In this document: piece after piece, positions 1-9,084 of the stretch
Layout of the letters: each line of letters begins with the position of its first letter
How positions within the stretch are numbered: position 1 is the stretch's first letter
Assembly (NCBI GenBank): GCA_964468745.1
Contig: CAYXVY010000337.1
Span: forward strand, 5,390 to 69,389
Source of the DNA: an uncultured Planctomycetales bacterium
GTDB lineage: Bacteria; Planctomycetota; MHYJ01; JACPRB01
Length of the DNA stretch: 64,000 nt
Reading direction: 5' to 3'
Made by a program: the position numbers and the translations under genes
Notes under the pieces: model-generated
What the model was told of the DNA's origin: nothing
Seen by the model: the letters and a program-made list of their open reading frames with translations, nothing else
Databases searched by the model: none

Positions 1-306
1 TCGTCGCTGACGTTCGACTGGTTCCCGCGCGAGCAGAACACGGCGGCGGATGCGCTGACGAACCTCGCGTACGCGGAGTACACGGGGGCGAAGGTCAAGG
101 CGCCGACGACGGACGTGATGATGGTCGAGCTGGTCTTCGCGGCGCAGCGGGATGCGGTGGCAGCGGCGCTGAGGAAGGCGAAGATCGAGGCGACGGTGAC
201 AGCGGTGCCGGGAGGGGCGCGGGTGCAGGCGGAGCTGCCGACGAGTGCCGACGCGCTTAAGCCGCTCTTGAAACTGAAAGAGAAGCTTGAGGGATTGGGA
301 GAGTGA
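1..306 (+). CDS. 3' part of an RNase HI-like protein (runs off the window start) with a short C-terminal extension
   Basis: Frame 1 is open from base 1: SSLTFDWFPREQNTAADALTN matches the RNase HI C-terminal 'W.PREQN..AD.L.N' motif. It continues in frame into ORF 115..306. Confidence 0.7.
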   Translation, partial: SSLTFDWFPREQNTAADALTNLAYAEYTGAKVKAPTTDVMMVELVFAAQRDAVAAALRKAKIEATVTAVPGGARVQAELPTSADALKPLLKLKEKLEGLGE

Positions 307-372
307 TGGGTAGTGCGTGATGAGTAGTGCTTCCGTACCCAAAACTCATCACTCACAACTCAAAACTCATTT
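301..372. repeat. Heptamer-period intergenic stutter repeat (ACTCANN) with an inverted copy
   Basis: actcatc-actcaca-actcaaa-actcatt at ~344-371; complementary gagtgatg(a/g)gt at 301-325. Confidence 0.55.
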
Positions 373-423
373 GACTGCGTGATCAGCGAGCATCTCCGTT
401 GTCGAATTGAGCGGAGGTGGACG

Positions 424-897
424 ATGGTTGCAAAGCGCGGATTCACTCTCGTCGAGTTGCTCGTGGTGATCCTCATCATTGGCTTGCTGGCGGCGATGAT
501 CATCCCGGGTCTCACGTGGATGTTGTGTCGCGGGCGCGCGACGGCGACGCTCGCGACAATCATGGAGCTGCACTCGGCGACACAGATGTACACCCTCGAG
601 CAGGGGGTCAATCCCGCGGACGCGCCGGGGTACGGCACGAGCACGCTCGTGACGGCGCTTCAGTCGCAGAGTGCGAAGAAGGTGCCGTACTTCTGGATCG
701 ACGCGGCCCGTCTCGACACCGCGGGGGACATCAAGAACGACGTGCGGTCGGGCGAGATCATCCACTATCGCGACAACGCGAAGAACTGGCCCTCGAACGC
801 CGGTGACGCCACGGCGCACAACAGGGCGACGTACGACCTCTGGGCGATGGGATGTGCGGGGGTGCCCGACAGCGAGAACAACTGGGGCGGGGAGTGA
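424..897 (+). CDS. Type IV pilin / GspG-like pseudopilin with N-methylation motif
   Basis: MVAKRG|FTLVELLVVILIIGLLAAMIIP class III signal (G-F cleavage, E5). The start is probably ATG 424 rather than 379. Confidence 0.9.
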   Translation: MVAKRGFTLVELLVVILIIGLLAAMIIPGLTWMLCRGRATATLATIMELHSATQMYTLEQGVNPADAPGYGTSTLVTALQSQSAKKVPYFWIDAARLDTAGDIKNDVRSGEIIHYRDNAKNWPSNAGDATAHNRATYDLWAMGCAGVPDSENNWGGE

Positions 898-904
898 GGC
901 CGGT

Positions 905-1393
905 TCAATCCCGCGAGTAGAGCGTCACCTCCGCCTCGGCGAATTCGCGGACCGTTCTCCAAGTTCGCCACGCCCCCTTCTCGTACCGCGCGCGGAGTTC
1001 CGCCTCATCCAGCTCCGCTCCGAGGGGGCGGACGCCCGTCGTTGCCGCGCGAGCGTTGAAATACCGGATAAACGCCTGGAAGTCCCATGGTTCTTCGAGT
1101 CCCGTCTTGTCCCATGGAATGCTGACAAAGCCGCTTACCCACTCGTCCCTGTCAAGCCAACAGCGACTCATCTGGAAGCCGCTCACGGTGTCACGAAACC
1201 CAGGCGCTCTTGAAATGCGCCTTACAGCAGACCGAGCCTTCGATCGAGTTGAGTAGATGCCGATGGTTTTAACATCCTCTTCTCCTTGCGGCAGCGCGTG
1301 CACATGGTCGACGCGATAGAGTACAGGAGGCAGAGGCGACTTTCCTTTCGTCACTTTCACTTTCGTATTGCGGCGAGCCCTATGGTGGCGCAT
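905..1393 (-). CDS. Small hypothetical protein
   Basis: IGIYSTRSKA..A..R....PGF...GF......LDRDEW..GF pattern typical of a small conserved family of unknown function; composition looks more A/T-rich than the flanks. Confidence 0.6.
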   Translation of the reverse strand: MRHHRARRNTKVKVTKGKSPLPPVLYRVDHVHALPQGEEDVKTIGIYSTRSKARSAVRRISRAPGFRDTVSGFQMSRCWLDRDEWVSGFVSIPWDKTGLEEPWDFQAFIRYFNARAATTGVRPLGAELDEAELRARYEKGAWRTWRTVREFAEAEVTLYSRD

Positions 1394-1676
1394 GAGGTTC
1401 CCCCGTCTGCAGTACGCTCATTGTAGCCCTTCGCCATTTCTTAGTCAGTCTGCGCCGGAAACCAGAGATGTAATCCAGGGGGCGAACCGAAGTCCTCAGC
1501 CTCCATTTTCCCATCTATGCTGCTTGTAAATCGGAAAACGTTTTCCTTTTTACAAGCTGACAAGAGAGGAATATGCGCGGCCGGATGGAGCAGATCGGAA
1601 ATCGGTGGCGCCGCGACGCTTGGGCCCCGAAGAGAGCGGACCTGTACAAGCGTCCGCTCCCCCAGGAACTCGGCTG

Positions 1677-2372
1677 CTACATCGCAGCCGGCGTCGCCGA
1701 GTCGGACGGCGGAGATTCCTCCGCAGCCTTCTTCGGCTTCCGCCCGCGACGGAAGAAGCTCTCGACCTTCTTCCGGTCGCCCGGATACAGCTTGATCAGA
1801 TCGGCATAGATCGCGTCGTACGTGTCGCGCCAGCGGTCACGTTCGACGAGCTCCGCCGCAAACATCTCGGCGTGAGCCCGCTCCGCCTTCTCCCAGACGG
1901 CGAGCGCTTCCTGCAGCTTCGCGCGCTGGGCGGCCATGAGCGGCATCCAGGCCTTCACGGACGGGACGTCGGTCGAACCGACCATCACCGATTCCAGGTT
2001 CATCACGATCCCGAGCTTTCGCACCGGCGAAAGGCCCTCGTGATCGCTCACCGGAACCGGGAACAGCCGCTTGTAGCCGGCGTTCGTCCGGTCGCCGTTC
2101 GCATCCGAGCGAACCGCGAGCTGGAACTTGAACAGGAGCCTGTCCATCAGGAAATCGGCGTCATCGCGCGAGGCGAGCGCCAGATGGACCGCCCGCTGGG
2201 CCCGCCGCTCGCGATGATTCGCGGCGATGAGCGCCAGCTGGGCCTTCTCGAACGTCGCGAAGAGCCCCGCCGTTTCCGGATGGGCGCTCAGCTTCGCTTC
2301 GAGATAGACCCCGAACGTGTCGATCAGCCTCTCACTCGAGAGGGTCTTGTCCGGTCTGTACATAAAACACAC
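1677..2372 (-). CDS. Hypothetical alpha-helical protein (231 aa)
   Basis: GC-rich codon usage, amphipathic helical sequence, basic/acidic tail; no recognisable domain. Confidence 0.7.
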   Translation of the reverse strand: MCFMYRPDKTLSSERLIDTFGVYLEAKLSAHPETAGLFATFEKAQLALIAANHRERRAQRAVHLALASRDDADFLMDRLLFKFQLAVRSDANGDRTNAGYKRLFPVPVSDHEGLSPVRKLGIVMNLESVMVGSTDVPSVKAWMPLMAAQRAKLQEALAVWEKAERAHAEMFAAELVERDRWRDTYDAIYADLIKLYPGDRKKVESFFRRGRKPKKAAEESPPSDSATPAAM

Positions 2373-2555
2373 TTACCTTTCATTTGAAATCACGTGCCTG
2401 CGACGGCGAAATGCCGCCGAAGGCGTCACCTTTGACCGTCGACCACAACAAGCAGCCGACGGTTACTTCGGACTTCCTGCGGAGCGTCGTCAGCCATCTC
2501 CGGTCCATGTCGCGATTCCGATTAGGCCTGCCGGAATCAGCAGGAGGGCGTCCAG

Positions 2556-2891
2556 GAGTTCCGATATCGCTCCGGAGATTCCTCCGGACTCGTATCGGAA
2601 AGTCGACATGACTCCGGAGAATCCTCCGGACCCAAGTCGGGATTCCGATATGAGGGCAAGGGAGTGCCCTGTAGCCGTATCGGAAAGTCGATGCGACTCC
2701 GGAGATTCCTCCGCACCCATATCGGAATGTCGATACGAGTGCGGAGAATCCTCCGGACCCATGTCGGAGTTCCGATACGACACCGGAGAATCCTCCGCAC
2801 CCGCATCGGAAACTCGATACGACGCCGGAGAATCCTCCGGAGTCATATCGGAATTCCGATACGCCACCGGAGATTCCTCCGCACCCATTTC
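2556..2891. repeat. Tandem array of ~8 imperfect 42-bp units, each with two palindromes
   Basis: (c/g)CGGAG unit starts at 2572, 2614, 2699, 2741, 2783, 2825, 2867 (period 42; one degenerate unit plus 1 nt between 2614 and 2699). Palindromes are CCGGAG-N4-CTCCGG and TATCGGAATTCCGATA. Confidence 0.9.
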
Positions 2892-2980
2892 GGCCTTTGC
2901 GTTCGTGCTCATATCCCATACCTCCGGAAAATGCGCGAAATGGGGGTGCGCAATCGGCGCGCCGGCGCGAAAAAGGTGAA

Positions 2981-3155
2981 AAAGTCGGCGGGTGCCGGCT
3001 TCGACAGCGCGCGTCAGGTTGTCTCGATTCATGTCCATGTCCATGAATGGGAAGAAATCCGGACGATGGCACCGGAAATCGGCGCCAACGTGCCAGAAAC
3101 TTGGAAAAGTCCGGCGTGTGCCGGCTTCGGCGGATCGCGTCAGGTTGTTTCGATT
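2981..3155. repeat. Imperfect ~50-bp direct repeat (2 copies)
   Basis: AAAGTCGGCGGGTGCCGGCTTCG..CGCGTCAGGTTGTCTCGATT (2981-3029) vs AAAGTCCGGCGTGTGCCGGCTTCG..CGCGTCAGGTTGTTTCGATT (3106-3155). Confidence 0.75.
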
Positions 3156-3424
3156 GGTCGTCATGCCACTAACTCGTAAGGAATTCCGAAGATGACCGCC
3201 CAAAAGACGATTCGGGGATGCAGAAAGGTGAAATAGGCCCGGCACCAGGGCGGCGGCCGGAGCGGTGTGGCTCATCCGGCGGGTGCGAGTGGTCCTCATA
3301 ATCCCTAAGGTAAGGTTTCTCGCGTCCTCCTAAAAAAATCGGCCGCGACCGCGCGGAAAGGCCAAAAAGTCCTCCCCCGAGATCAGGATGACAGCGGGCC
3401 GATTTCCTGATAAACTAAGCCACT

Positions 3425-4009
3425 ATGCGGCGGGTCATCGGTTCAATTTTCGTCGTCGGCGCCGGATGGCTCCTCTACAAGTTCGCCTTGTGGGGGGCGT
3501 TCCTCGCGTCGCCCGATGCGTTCCGCGGTCCGTCCACGCCGTTCCGCGTGCTCGGCGGCAATTACCCGATGGACGTGGCCATGTTGTGCGGCGCCGCGTG
3601 GATGGCGGGCATCGGCCTGTACCTGATCCTCTTCTCACCCGGCGAGGCGAGTTCCGCGGTCCCGTCGCATGTCCCCGCCTCGAGCCGCTGGGCGCAGCGG
3701 ATGCAGGCGTCGCAAGACAACGCCCCGTCGCCGATGGCGACGATCTTCTTCCTCAATGCACTGCTGCTGATCACGACGCTTTTCGTCGCGTTCGTCGGCG
3801 TGCGGGCGCCGCAGGACACATCGCGCCTGCTCGCCACGTTCACGCTCGTTGCGGCGGCGCAGGTCGCGGTCGGCCTCTTCCTGCTCATCCTCGCCCTCTT
3901 CGAGAAACCGAAGGGGGTGATCGGACTCATCGTGGGCTTGGCGGTCTACGCGGCCGGCACGGGCGTCGGCGTCATGGTCTTCCTGTGGGGGAAGCCCATC
4001 GCGGGCTAA
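3425..4009 (+). CDS. Hypothetical membrane protein (about 4-5 TM helices)
   Basis: Several hydrophobic stretches; 6 nt from the next gene. Confidence 0.75.
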   Translation: MRRVIGSIFVVGAGWLLYKFALWGAFLASPDAFRGPSTPFRVLGGNYPMDVAMLCGAAWMAGIGLYLILFSPGEASSAVPSHVPASSRWAQRMQASQDNAPSPMATIFFLNALLLITTLFVAFVGVRAPQDTSRLLATFTLVAAAQVAVGLFLLILALFEKPKGVIGLIVGLAVYAAGTGVGVMVFLWGKPIAG

Positions 4010-4015
4010 CGCGCC

Positions 4016-5467
4016 ATGCCCATCCGCCACTGCCAGAAATGCGGCCTGAAGGTTCTCATCGACGAGACCCAGACGACGGCCAATCCGTTCTACTGCCAGC
4101 GCTGCGCCGCCACGGCGAAGGCGCAAGCCGCCGCGCCGGAGGCCAAACGCGCCGACCCGATGCCGATGGTGTCGAAGCGCGACCCCGCGTCGGCGCCGGG
4201 CAGCGCTCCCGTGACCGGGGGGGGCAAGGGCGGACCGGTGAAGGTCCTCTGCCCGTACTGCAAGGCGTCGTTCTCCGGCCGACTCCCGGCGAAGCCGGCC
4301 AAAGGCGCATGCCCGGTCTGCCAAAAGGAACTTGTCCTGCTGCCGGACGGCAAAATCAAGCCGGCGGCCACGTTCGATCTCGCAAAGTGGCAGAAGGAAC
4401 AGGAGCTCGCGAAGTACGGGGGGGACCCCGGCGTTGCCGAGCAGGCGCGCGCCGTTCAGAAGGCGCTGGAGCGGTCGAACCGCGATTTGGAGATCCCGCC
4501 GCCGGAGTCGGAGGGGATCGATCCCGAGGCGACCGCGACCTCGGACGACGGGGGGAGCTACTCGAACGAAAACGAAGCCACGCTCATCACGCCGCGCGCC
4601 TCGGCGGCGGATCCGCTGAGCGGACTTGGCGGCGAGACGATGCTCGACATGGGCCGGCCGATCGACACGGGTGACAACGCCGGTCGCCGCGCCGCACAGG
4701 AAGAGCGCGATCCGCTAGCGGTCCTCGGCGACGATGCACCGCTGGAGGGCGACCCCAACGCCGCGACAATCGTGGACGATCCGCCGCCGGTTCCCCAGGA
4801 GGCCGAGGCGATCGAACAGGAAGTTCCGACGATCAAGCAGGTTCCGGAGTCCGCGCCGGCGCTCAGCCGCCGTCCGGCCCCCGCGGCCTCCCGCTCGCCG
4901 CTGCCGCCGGTGACCGCTCCCGCCGCCGAGCCGGAGGCGAGGACGCCCGCGACGCCCGGCTCGCTGCGCTCGGGTCCGAGCGGCGCGAAGGTCGTGTTCG
5001 CGGCGCTGCTCCTCATCATTCCGGTGGCGCTCGGAGGCGTCGGGATTTTCGTGAAGAACAACGCCGAGCTGAACAAGCTGCTCGGCAAGCTGGGGCCGAT
5101 CGGATCGCAGGGCTTCCGCAAGCTGCGGGAGAAGGTCGACGCCGCAATGACGCCGCCGCCGAAGCCCGCGCCGCCCCCCAAGCCCGTAGCGCCCCCGACG
5201 ACCGCGACGGAAGCGCCGCCGCCCGTCCCCAAGCTGAGCGACGCAGACTTCAAGCGGCAGACTGAGCCGATCATCACCGACATGTGGACGACGATGCGCT
5301 TCGCGCAGCTCGAGATCAAGAAGCTGCAGCGCGACCCGACGGGGTCGCACGGCAAGGCGATCGAGTTCCAGCAGCAGAAGCACGACAGCGCGAAGAAGCG
5401 CTACGACGAGCTGCAGGCGGAGTACAAGGAGCGCTTCGGGGCGGAGTTCAAGGCGGCGGACCAGTAG
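4016..5467 (+). CDS. Zn-ribbon, low-complexity, single-TM membrane protein
   Basis: CQKC/CQRC and CPYC/CPVC pairs, Pro/Ala/acidic linker, TM VVFAALLLIIPVALGGVGIFV, C-terminal coiled coil. Confidence 0.8.
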   Translation: MPIRHCQKCGLKVLIDETQTTANPFYCQRCAATAKAQAAAPEAKRADPMPMVSKRDPASAPGSAPVTGGGKGGPVKVLCPYCKASFSGRLPAKPAKGACPVCQKELVLLPDGKIKPAATFDLAKWQKEQELAKYGGDPGVAEQARAVQKALERSNRDLEIPPPESEGIDPEATATSDDGGSYSNENEATLITPRASAADPLSGLGGETMLDMGRPIDTGDNAGRRAAQEERDPLAVLGDDAPLEGDPNAATIVDDPPPVPQEAEAIEQEVPTIKQVPESAPALSRRPAPAASRSPLPPVTAPAAEPEARTPATPGSLRSGPSGAKVVFAALLLIIPVALGGVGIFVKNNAELNKLLGKLGPIGSQGFRKLREKVDAAMTPPPKPAPPPKPVAPPTTATEAPPPVPKLSDADFKRQTEPIITDMWTTMRFAQLEIKKLQRDPTGSHGKAIEFQQQKHDSAKKRYDELQAEYKERFGAEFKAADQ

Positions 5468-5479
5468 GCCCCGGTTCTA

Positions 5480-5867
5480 AACGCCGAGAGCGCGGAGTTT
5501 GAGGAGAGGTCGCAGGCTATCCCTTGTGGGCGTTCCTCGTGCGTTCCGCATCGGACCCGGCGATCCCATCGCTTCCAGTATCCGGGTGTTTTCGAGGAGA
5601 CACGCGGAGTCTGAATCTCTCCCCCCGATTCAATCGGACGCAACACCGAGCAACCCGAGGCAGCCGAGCGCCCTTGAAGGGGATCGCTCCTCGGTTGCTT
5701 CGGATAACTCGGTGTTGATCCGCTCTCAGGGCGCGGTCGATCGCTCCTGCACGAATTGCGCGACATGTCATAACGCCGGGGGCGCAGATGAGCGTCGGCG
5801 AGCGCGCAGATGCCCCTCTATCGGAATCCTGCGTTCTCTCCGCGTTCAAGTTTGCGGCCTCGGCGTT
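5480..5867 (+). ncRNA. Putative large structured non-coding RNA (unclassified)
   Basis: Nested pairings 5480-5488/5859-5867, 5489-5497/5838-5846 and 5511-5516/5828-5833; central rod 5641-5717; several internal hairpins. G-U pairs favour the + strand. No credible ORF. Confidence 0.5.
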
Positions 5868-5872
5868 ATCCG

Positions 5873-6379
5873 TTACCGCGTGGCATGCATGACCGCTTTG
5901 ATTACTTCGTGCGGCGACGACGCTTCCATAATTTCCGCGCGCGTCGCGTCGTGCGTGAGCATCTCGCCGATCTCCCTGTAGACCTCGAGGTAGAGCTTGT
6001 CCCCGTAGGGAGGGGCGACGACGCCGAAAAAGACGTGGACCAGCGCCCCGTCGGGCGCGTCGAAGTCGATGCCCGCGGTCGATCGCGCAATGCAGATCGT
6101 GAACTCGCGCGCCTGCATCGTACGTACATGCGGGATTGCGACCCCCTGGCCGACGGCGGTGGAGGACTTCTTCTCGCGATTGATGAGATCGGTCCGGAGC
6201 TTCGTGGCGTTTGCGACCTTCTTCGACGCGACGAATAGTTCGATCAGCTCGTCGAGTACCCGCTCCTTCACATGCCAGACGAGGCGATCGTGCGACCACT
6301 CCTCTGGCACGGGGACGGGGGGCGCGGCGTCGAGCTCGAGCTTGATCTGGGCGGGCTTGAGGTAGCGCGTGAGCTGCAT
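5873..6379 (-). CDS. PTS IIA (EIIA-Ntr/fructose-type) protein
   Basis: REK..ST..G.GVAIPHVR phospho-His motif; GIDFDAPDG..VH.FF. Confidence 0.9.
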   Translation of the reverse strand: MQLTRYLKPAQIKLELDAAPPVPVPEEWSHDRLVWHVKERVLDELIELFVASKKVANATKLRTDLINREKKSSTAVGQGVAIPHVRTMQAREFTICIARSTAGIDFDAPDGALVHVFFGVVAPPYGDKLYLEVYREIGEMLTHDATRAEIMEASSPHEVIKAVMHATR

Positions 6380-7017
6380 CAGGCACGCTCGCCTTCCGCG
6401 ATGGCGACGCCGGCGCTGGTGCCGATGCGCGTCGCGCCAGCCGCGACCATGCGCCGCGCGGTTGCGATGTCTCGTATCCCACCGGACGCTTTCACGCCCA
6501 TCGAGTGCGGGACGCTGCGGCGAAGGAGCGCCACGTCCGCTTCGGTGGCGCCGCCGGGCCCGTAGCCGGTGGATGTCTTGACGAAGTGCGCGCCGGCGCG
6601 ATGCGCGAGGGTACAGCCGAGGATCTTCAGGTCGTCGCTGAGTGCCGCGGTTTCGAGGATGACTTTGACGATGCCGTCTCCGGCCGCGCGGACGACGGCT
6701 TCGATCTCGTGCGCCACGGCGGCTTCGTCGTGTGCGGCCAGGGCGGCCGGCGAGAGGACCATGTCAAATTCGATGGCGCCGGCATCGCGCGCCATCCGCG
6801 TTTCGAGTGCTTTCACGTCCGGCAGTGTAGTACCGAACGGGAAGGCGATCACGCTGCCGACGCGCACGCCGCGGTCCGCGCATGTGCGGACCCAGACGGG
6901 ATTCACGCAGACGGTGGCGAAGCGATGGCGGAGCGCCTCGTCGCAGAGTGTTTCGATTTCCGCGCGCGTCGCGTCGGGGCGGAGGAGCGTGTGATCGATG
7001 ATGGACGCGAGCGACAT
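6379..7017 (-). CDS. deoC: Deoxyribose-phosphate aldolase
   Basis: IDHTLL, FVKTSTG, VKASGGIR, RIGTS motifs; 1-nt overlap with the PTS IIA gene. Confidence 0.96.
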   Translation of the reverse strand: MSLASIIDHTLLRPDATRAEIETLCDEALRHRFATVCVNPVWVRTCADRGVRVGSVIAFPFGTTLPDVKALETRMARDAGAIEFDMVLSPAALAAHDEAAVAHEIEAVVRAAGDGIVKVILETAALSDDLKILGCTLAHRAGAHFVKTSTGYGPGGATEADVALLRRSVPHSMGVKASGGIRDIATARRMVAAGATRIGTSAGVAIAEGERA

Positions 7018-7030
7018 CCGCCCCCGGACT

Positions 7031-7345
7031 CTACCAACGTTTGTATTTCTGAAGTTCCATGCGGACGCGGCTGATCGACTCGGCCCAGCGTTCTTCGAAG
7101 AGGGGCTTGTCGACCTGTTCGGGCATCGCGACAGGCTGGATGGGCGGCTGCCCGGGCTGGGAGGTGGGCGGAGGGGGCTTGGTCGTCGCCGCTTCCATGT
7201 CGGCGAGCGCGGCGTCCACGTCGTTGCCGGGGCGCTGCGTCGAGTCGGGCGGAGGATTCGCAGGCTCGTCGCTGGAGCGGGTGCCGCTGGAACCGCCGCA
7301 GCCGGCCACGAGGACCGCGGACGCCAAGGCGATCAGGACTCTCAT
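7031..7345 (-). CDS. Small lipoprotein
   Basis: MRVLIALASAVLVAG-C lipobox, Pro-rich linker. Confidence 0.7.
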   Translation of the reverse strand: MRVLIALASAVLVAGCGGSSGTRSSDEPANPPPDSTQRPGNDVDAALADMEAATTKPPPPTSQPGQPPIQPVAMPEQVDKPLFEERWAESISRVRMELQKYKRW

Positions 7346-7454
7346 GCGAACCTCCGGATGAGATGGACGGATTGACTCTATCCCAAGCCCTCGCGATTTC
7401 GTACAAAAATATGGCGGACGGGTCTAAGATACCCCGCGCAATCCTTCTCTGGAG

Positions 7455-9083
7455 GTGCCCATGCGGCCGTTTCTCGCCATCGCGCTCGTACTTGCGGCGT
7501 TCGCGCCCGGATGCGACATAAAAAAGGGGCCTCCCGGCCGGCCGCCGGTCGTCCCGATGCTTGCCATCCAGGAAGAAGTGCTCCAGGACCGCGTCGCCCA
7601 CGCGAAGCAGCTGCTTGCAGACGCGGGCTACGCCGGAGGGAAGGGCTTCCCGAAGCTCGAGATCCTCTACAACACGGACGAGGGGCACAAGAAGATTGCC
7701 GCCGTCGTCCAGCAGATGTGGCGCAAGAATCTCGGCATCGACGTCGAGCTGCGCAACACCGAGTGGAAGGTGTATCTCGACGACCTGTCGAAGCTGCGCT
7801 ACCAGATCGCGCGCCGCGGGTGGATCGGCGACTACCGAGATCCGAACACGTTCATCGACATGTTCACGTCGCTCAGCGGAAACAACAACACGGGATGGAA
7901 GAACGCACAGTTCGACCAGCTCGTGAAGGACGCGTTCCGCGAGGCGGACAAGGTGAAGCGGCTGGCGATCCTGCGCGACGCCGAGAAGATCCTGATGACC
8001 GAGCTGCCGATCATGCCCATCTACTTCTACGTCTCGTCGAACTGCTGGACCGACAAGGTGAAGGGCGTGTACGCGAACATCCAGGACGTGCATCCGTTGA
8101 ACGAGGCGTACGTCGAGGGGAAGGACACGCTGATCATCAACAACGCCACCGAGATCCAGACGCTCGACGCCGGCCTGGCGCGCGGCGTTCCGGAGGATCG
8201 AATCATCAGCACAATGTTCGAGGGTTTGACGATTCGCGATCCGAAGACGCTCGACCCGAAGCCCGGGATCGCGCAGAGCTGGGAGGTTTCGGCCGATGGG
8301 CGCACCTACACGTTCCACCTGCGCGAGGCGCAGTGGAGCGACGGCAAGCCCGTGACGGCGGGCGATTTCGAGTACGCGTGGAAGCGCGTGCTCGATCCGG
8401 CCACGCCGACCGACTACGCGAGCCAGCTCTACTACGTCAAGGGCGCGGAGGATTACAACACCAAGAAGACGCCCGACGCTTCGAAGGTGGGGGTGCGCGC
8501 GCAGGACGATCGCACGCTGGTCGTCGAGCTCGAGAATCCGTGCGCGTACTGGCTCGATCTCTGCGCGTTCTTCACGCTCTATCCGGTGCGCAAGGATGTG
8601 ATCGACAAGCACGGCACGAACTGGACGCGCGCGGAGAACATCGTCGTCAACGGCCCCTTCAAGCTGAAGGAGCACAAGCCGAACGACTCGCTGACCGTCG
8701 AGAAGAATCCGAAGTACTACAACGCGGGCGTCGTGAAGCAGCCGATGGTCACGTTCCTGCCGATCGAGAACCGGCTGACGGCGTGGGGCCTGTACAGGGA
8801 CGGCAAGTGCGACTGGGTGACGTCGCTGCCTCTGGAGCAGATCGAGGAGATCATCAAGCGGCCGGATTATCGCGGCGACACGTATCTCGGCACGTACTTC
8901 TACTCGTTCAACGTGGAGCACGAGGCGCTGAAGGACAAGCGGGTGCGCAAGGCGCTCACGCTGGCGATCGACCGCGAAATCATCGTGAACAAGATCACCA
9001 AGCAGGGACAGAAGCCCGCGTACTGGTACGTGCCGCCGATCTGGGAGACGTTCAAGAGCCCGCGGTTCGACGTCAAGGATTGA
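7455..9083 (+). CDS. oppA: Oligopeptide ABC substrate-binding lipoprotein (family 5), circularly permuted
   Basis: Lipobox APG-C. OppA C-terminal lobe first (AKQLLADAGY..LYNT..HKKIA..RRGWIGDY), then the N-terminal part (EIQTLD..FEGL..WSDG.PVTA.DF..RVRKAL.LAIDR) from residue ~222. Confidence 0.9.
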   Translation: MPMRPFLAIALVLAAFAPGCDIKKGPPGRPPVVPMLAIQEEVLQDRVAHAKQLLADAGYAGGKGFPKLEILYNTDEGHKKIAAVVQQMWRKNLGIDVELRNTEWKVYLDDLSKLRYQIARRGWIGDYRDPNTFIDMFTSLSGNNNTGWKNAQFDQLVKDAFREADKVKRLAILRDAEKILMTELPIMPIYFYVSSNCWTDKVKGVYANIQDVHPLNEAYVEGKDTLIINNATEIQTLDAGLARGVPEDRIISTMFEGLTIRDPKTLDPKPGIAQSWEVSADGRTYTFHLREAQWSDGKPVTAGDFEYAWKRVLDPATPTDYASQLYYVKGAEDYNTKKTPDASKVGVRAQDDRTLVVELENPCAYWLDLCAFFTLYPVRKDVIDKHGTNWTRAENIVVNGPFKLKEHKPNDSLTVEKNPKYYNAGVVKQPMVTFLPIENRLTAWGLYRDGKCDWVTSLPLEQIEEIIKRPDYRGDTYLGTYFYSFNVEHEALKDKRVRKALTLAIDREIIVNKITKQGQKPAYWYVPPIWETFKSPRFDVKD

Positions 9084-9084
9084 C

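Noticed and set aside
2556-2891. CRISPR array
   Set aside because: The units abut with no unique spacers, and no cas genes are present.
2317-3299. Overlapping ORFs 2317..2979, 2380..3072, 2490..3299 as genes
   Set aside because: They are open only because the repeat lacks stops; the peptide repeat changes frame mid-array.
5480-5867. RNase P RNA, tmRNA or SRP RNA
   Set aside because: GAGGAGAGGTC only loosely resembles GAGGAAAGTCC and the other conserved regions are absent. There is no tRNA-like end or SRP helix-8 motif.
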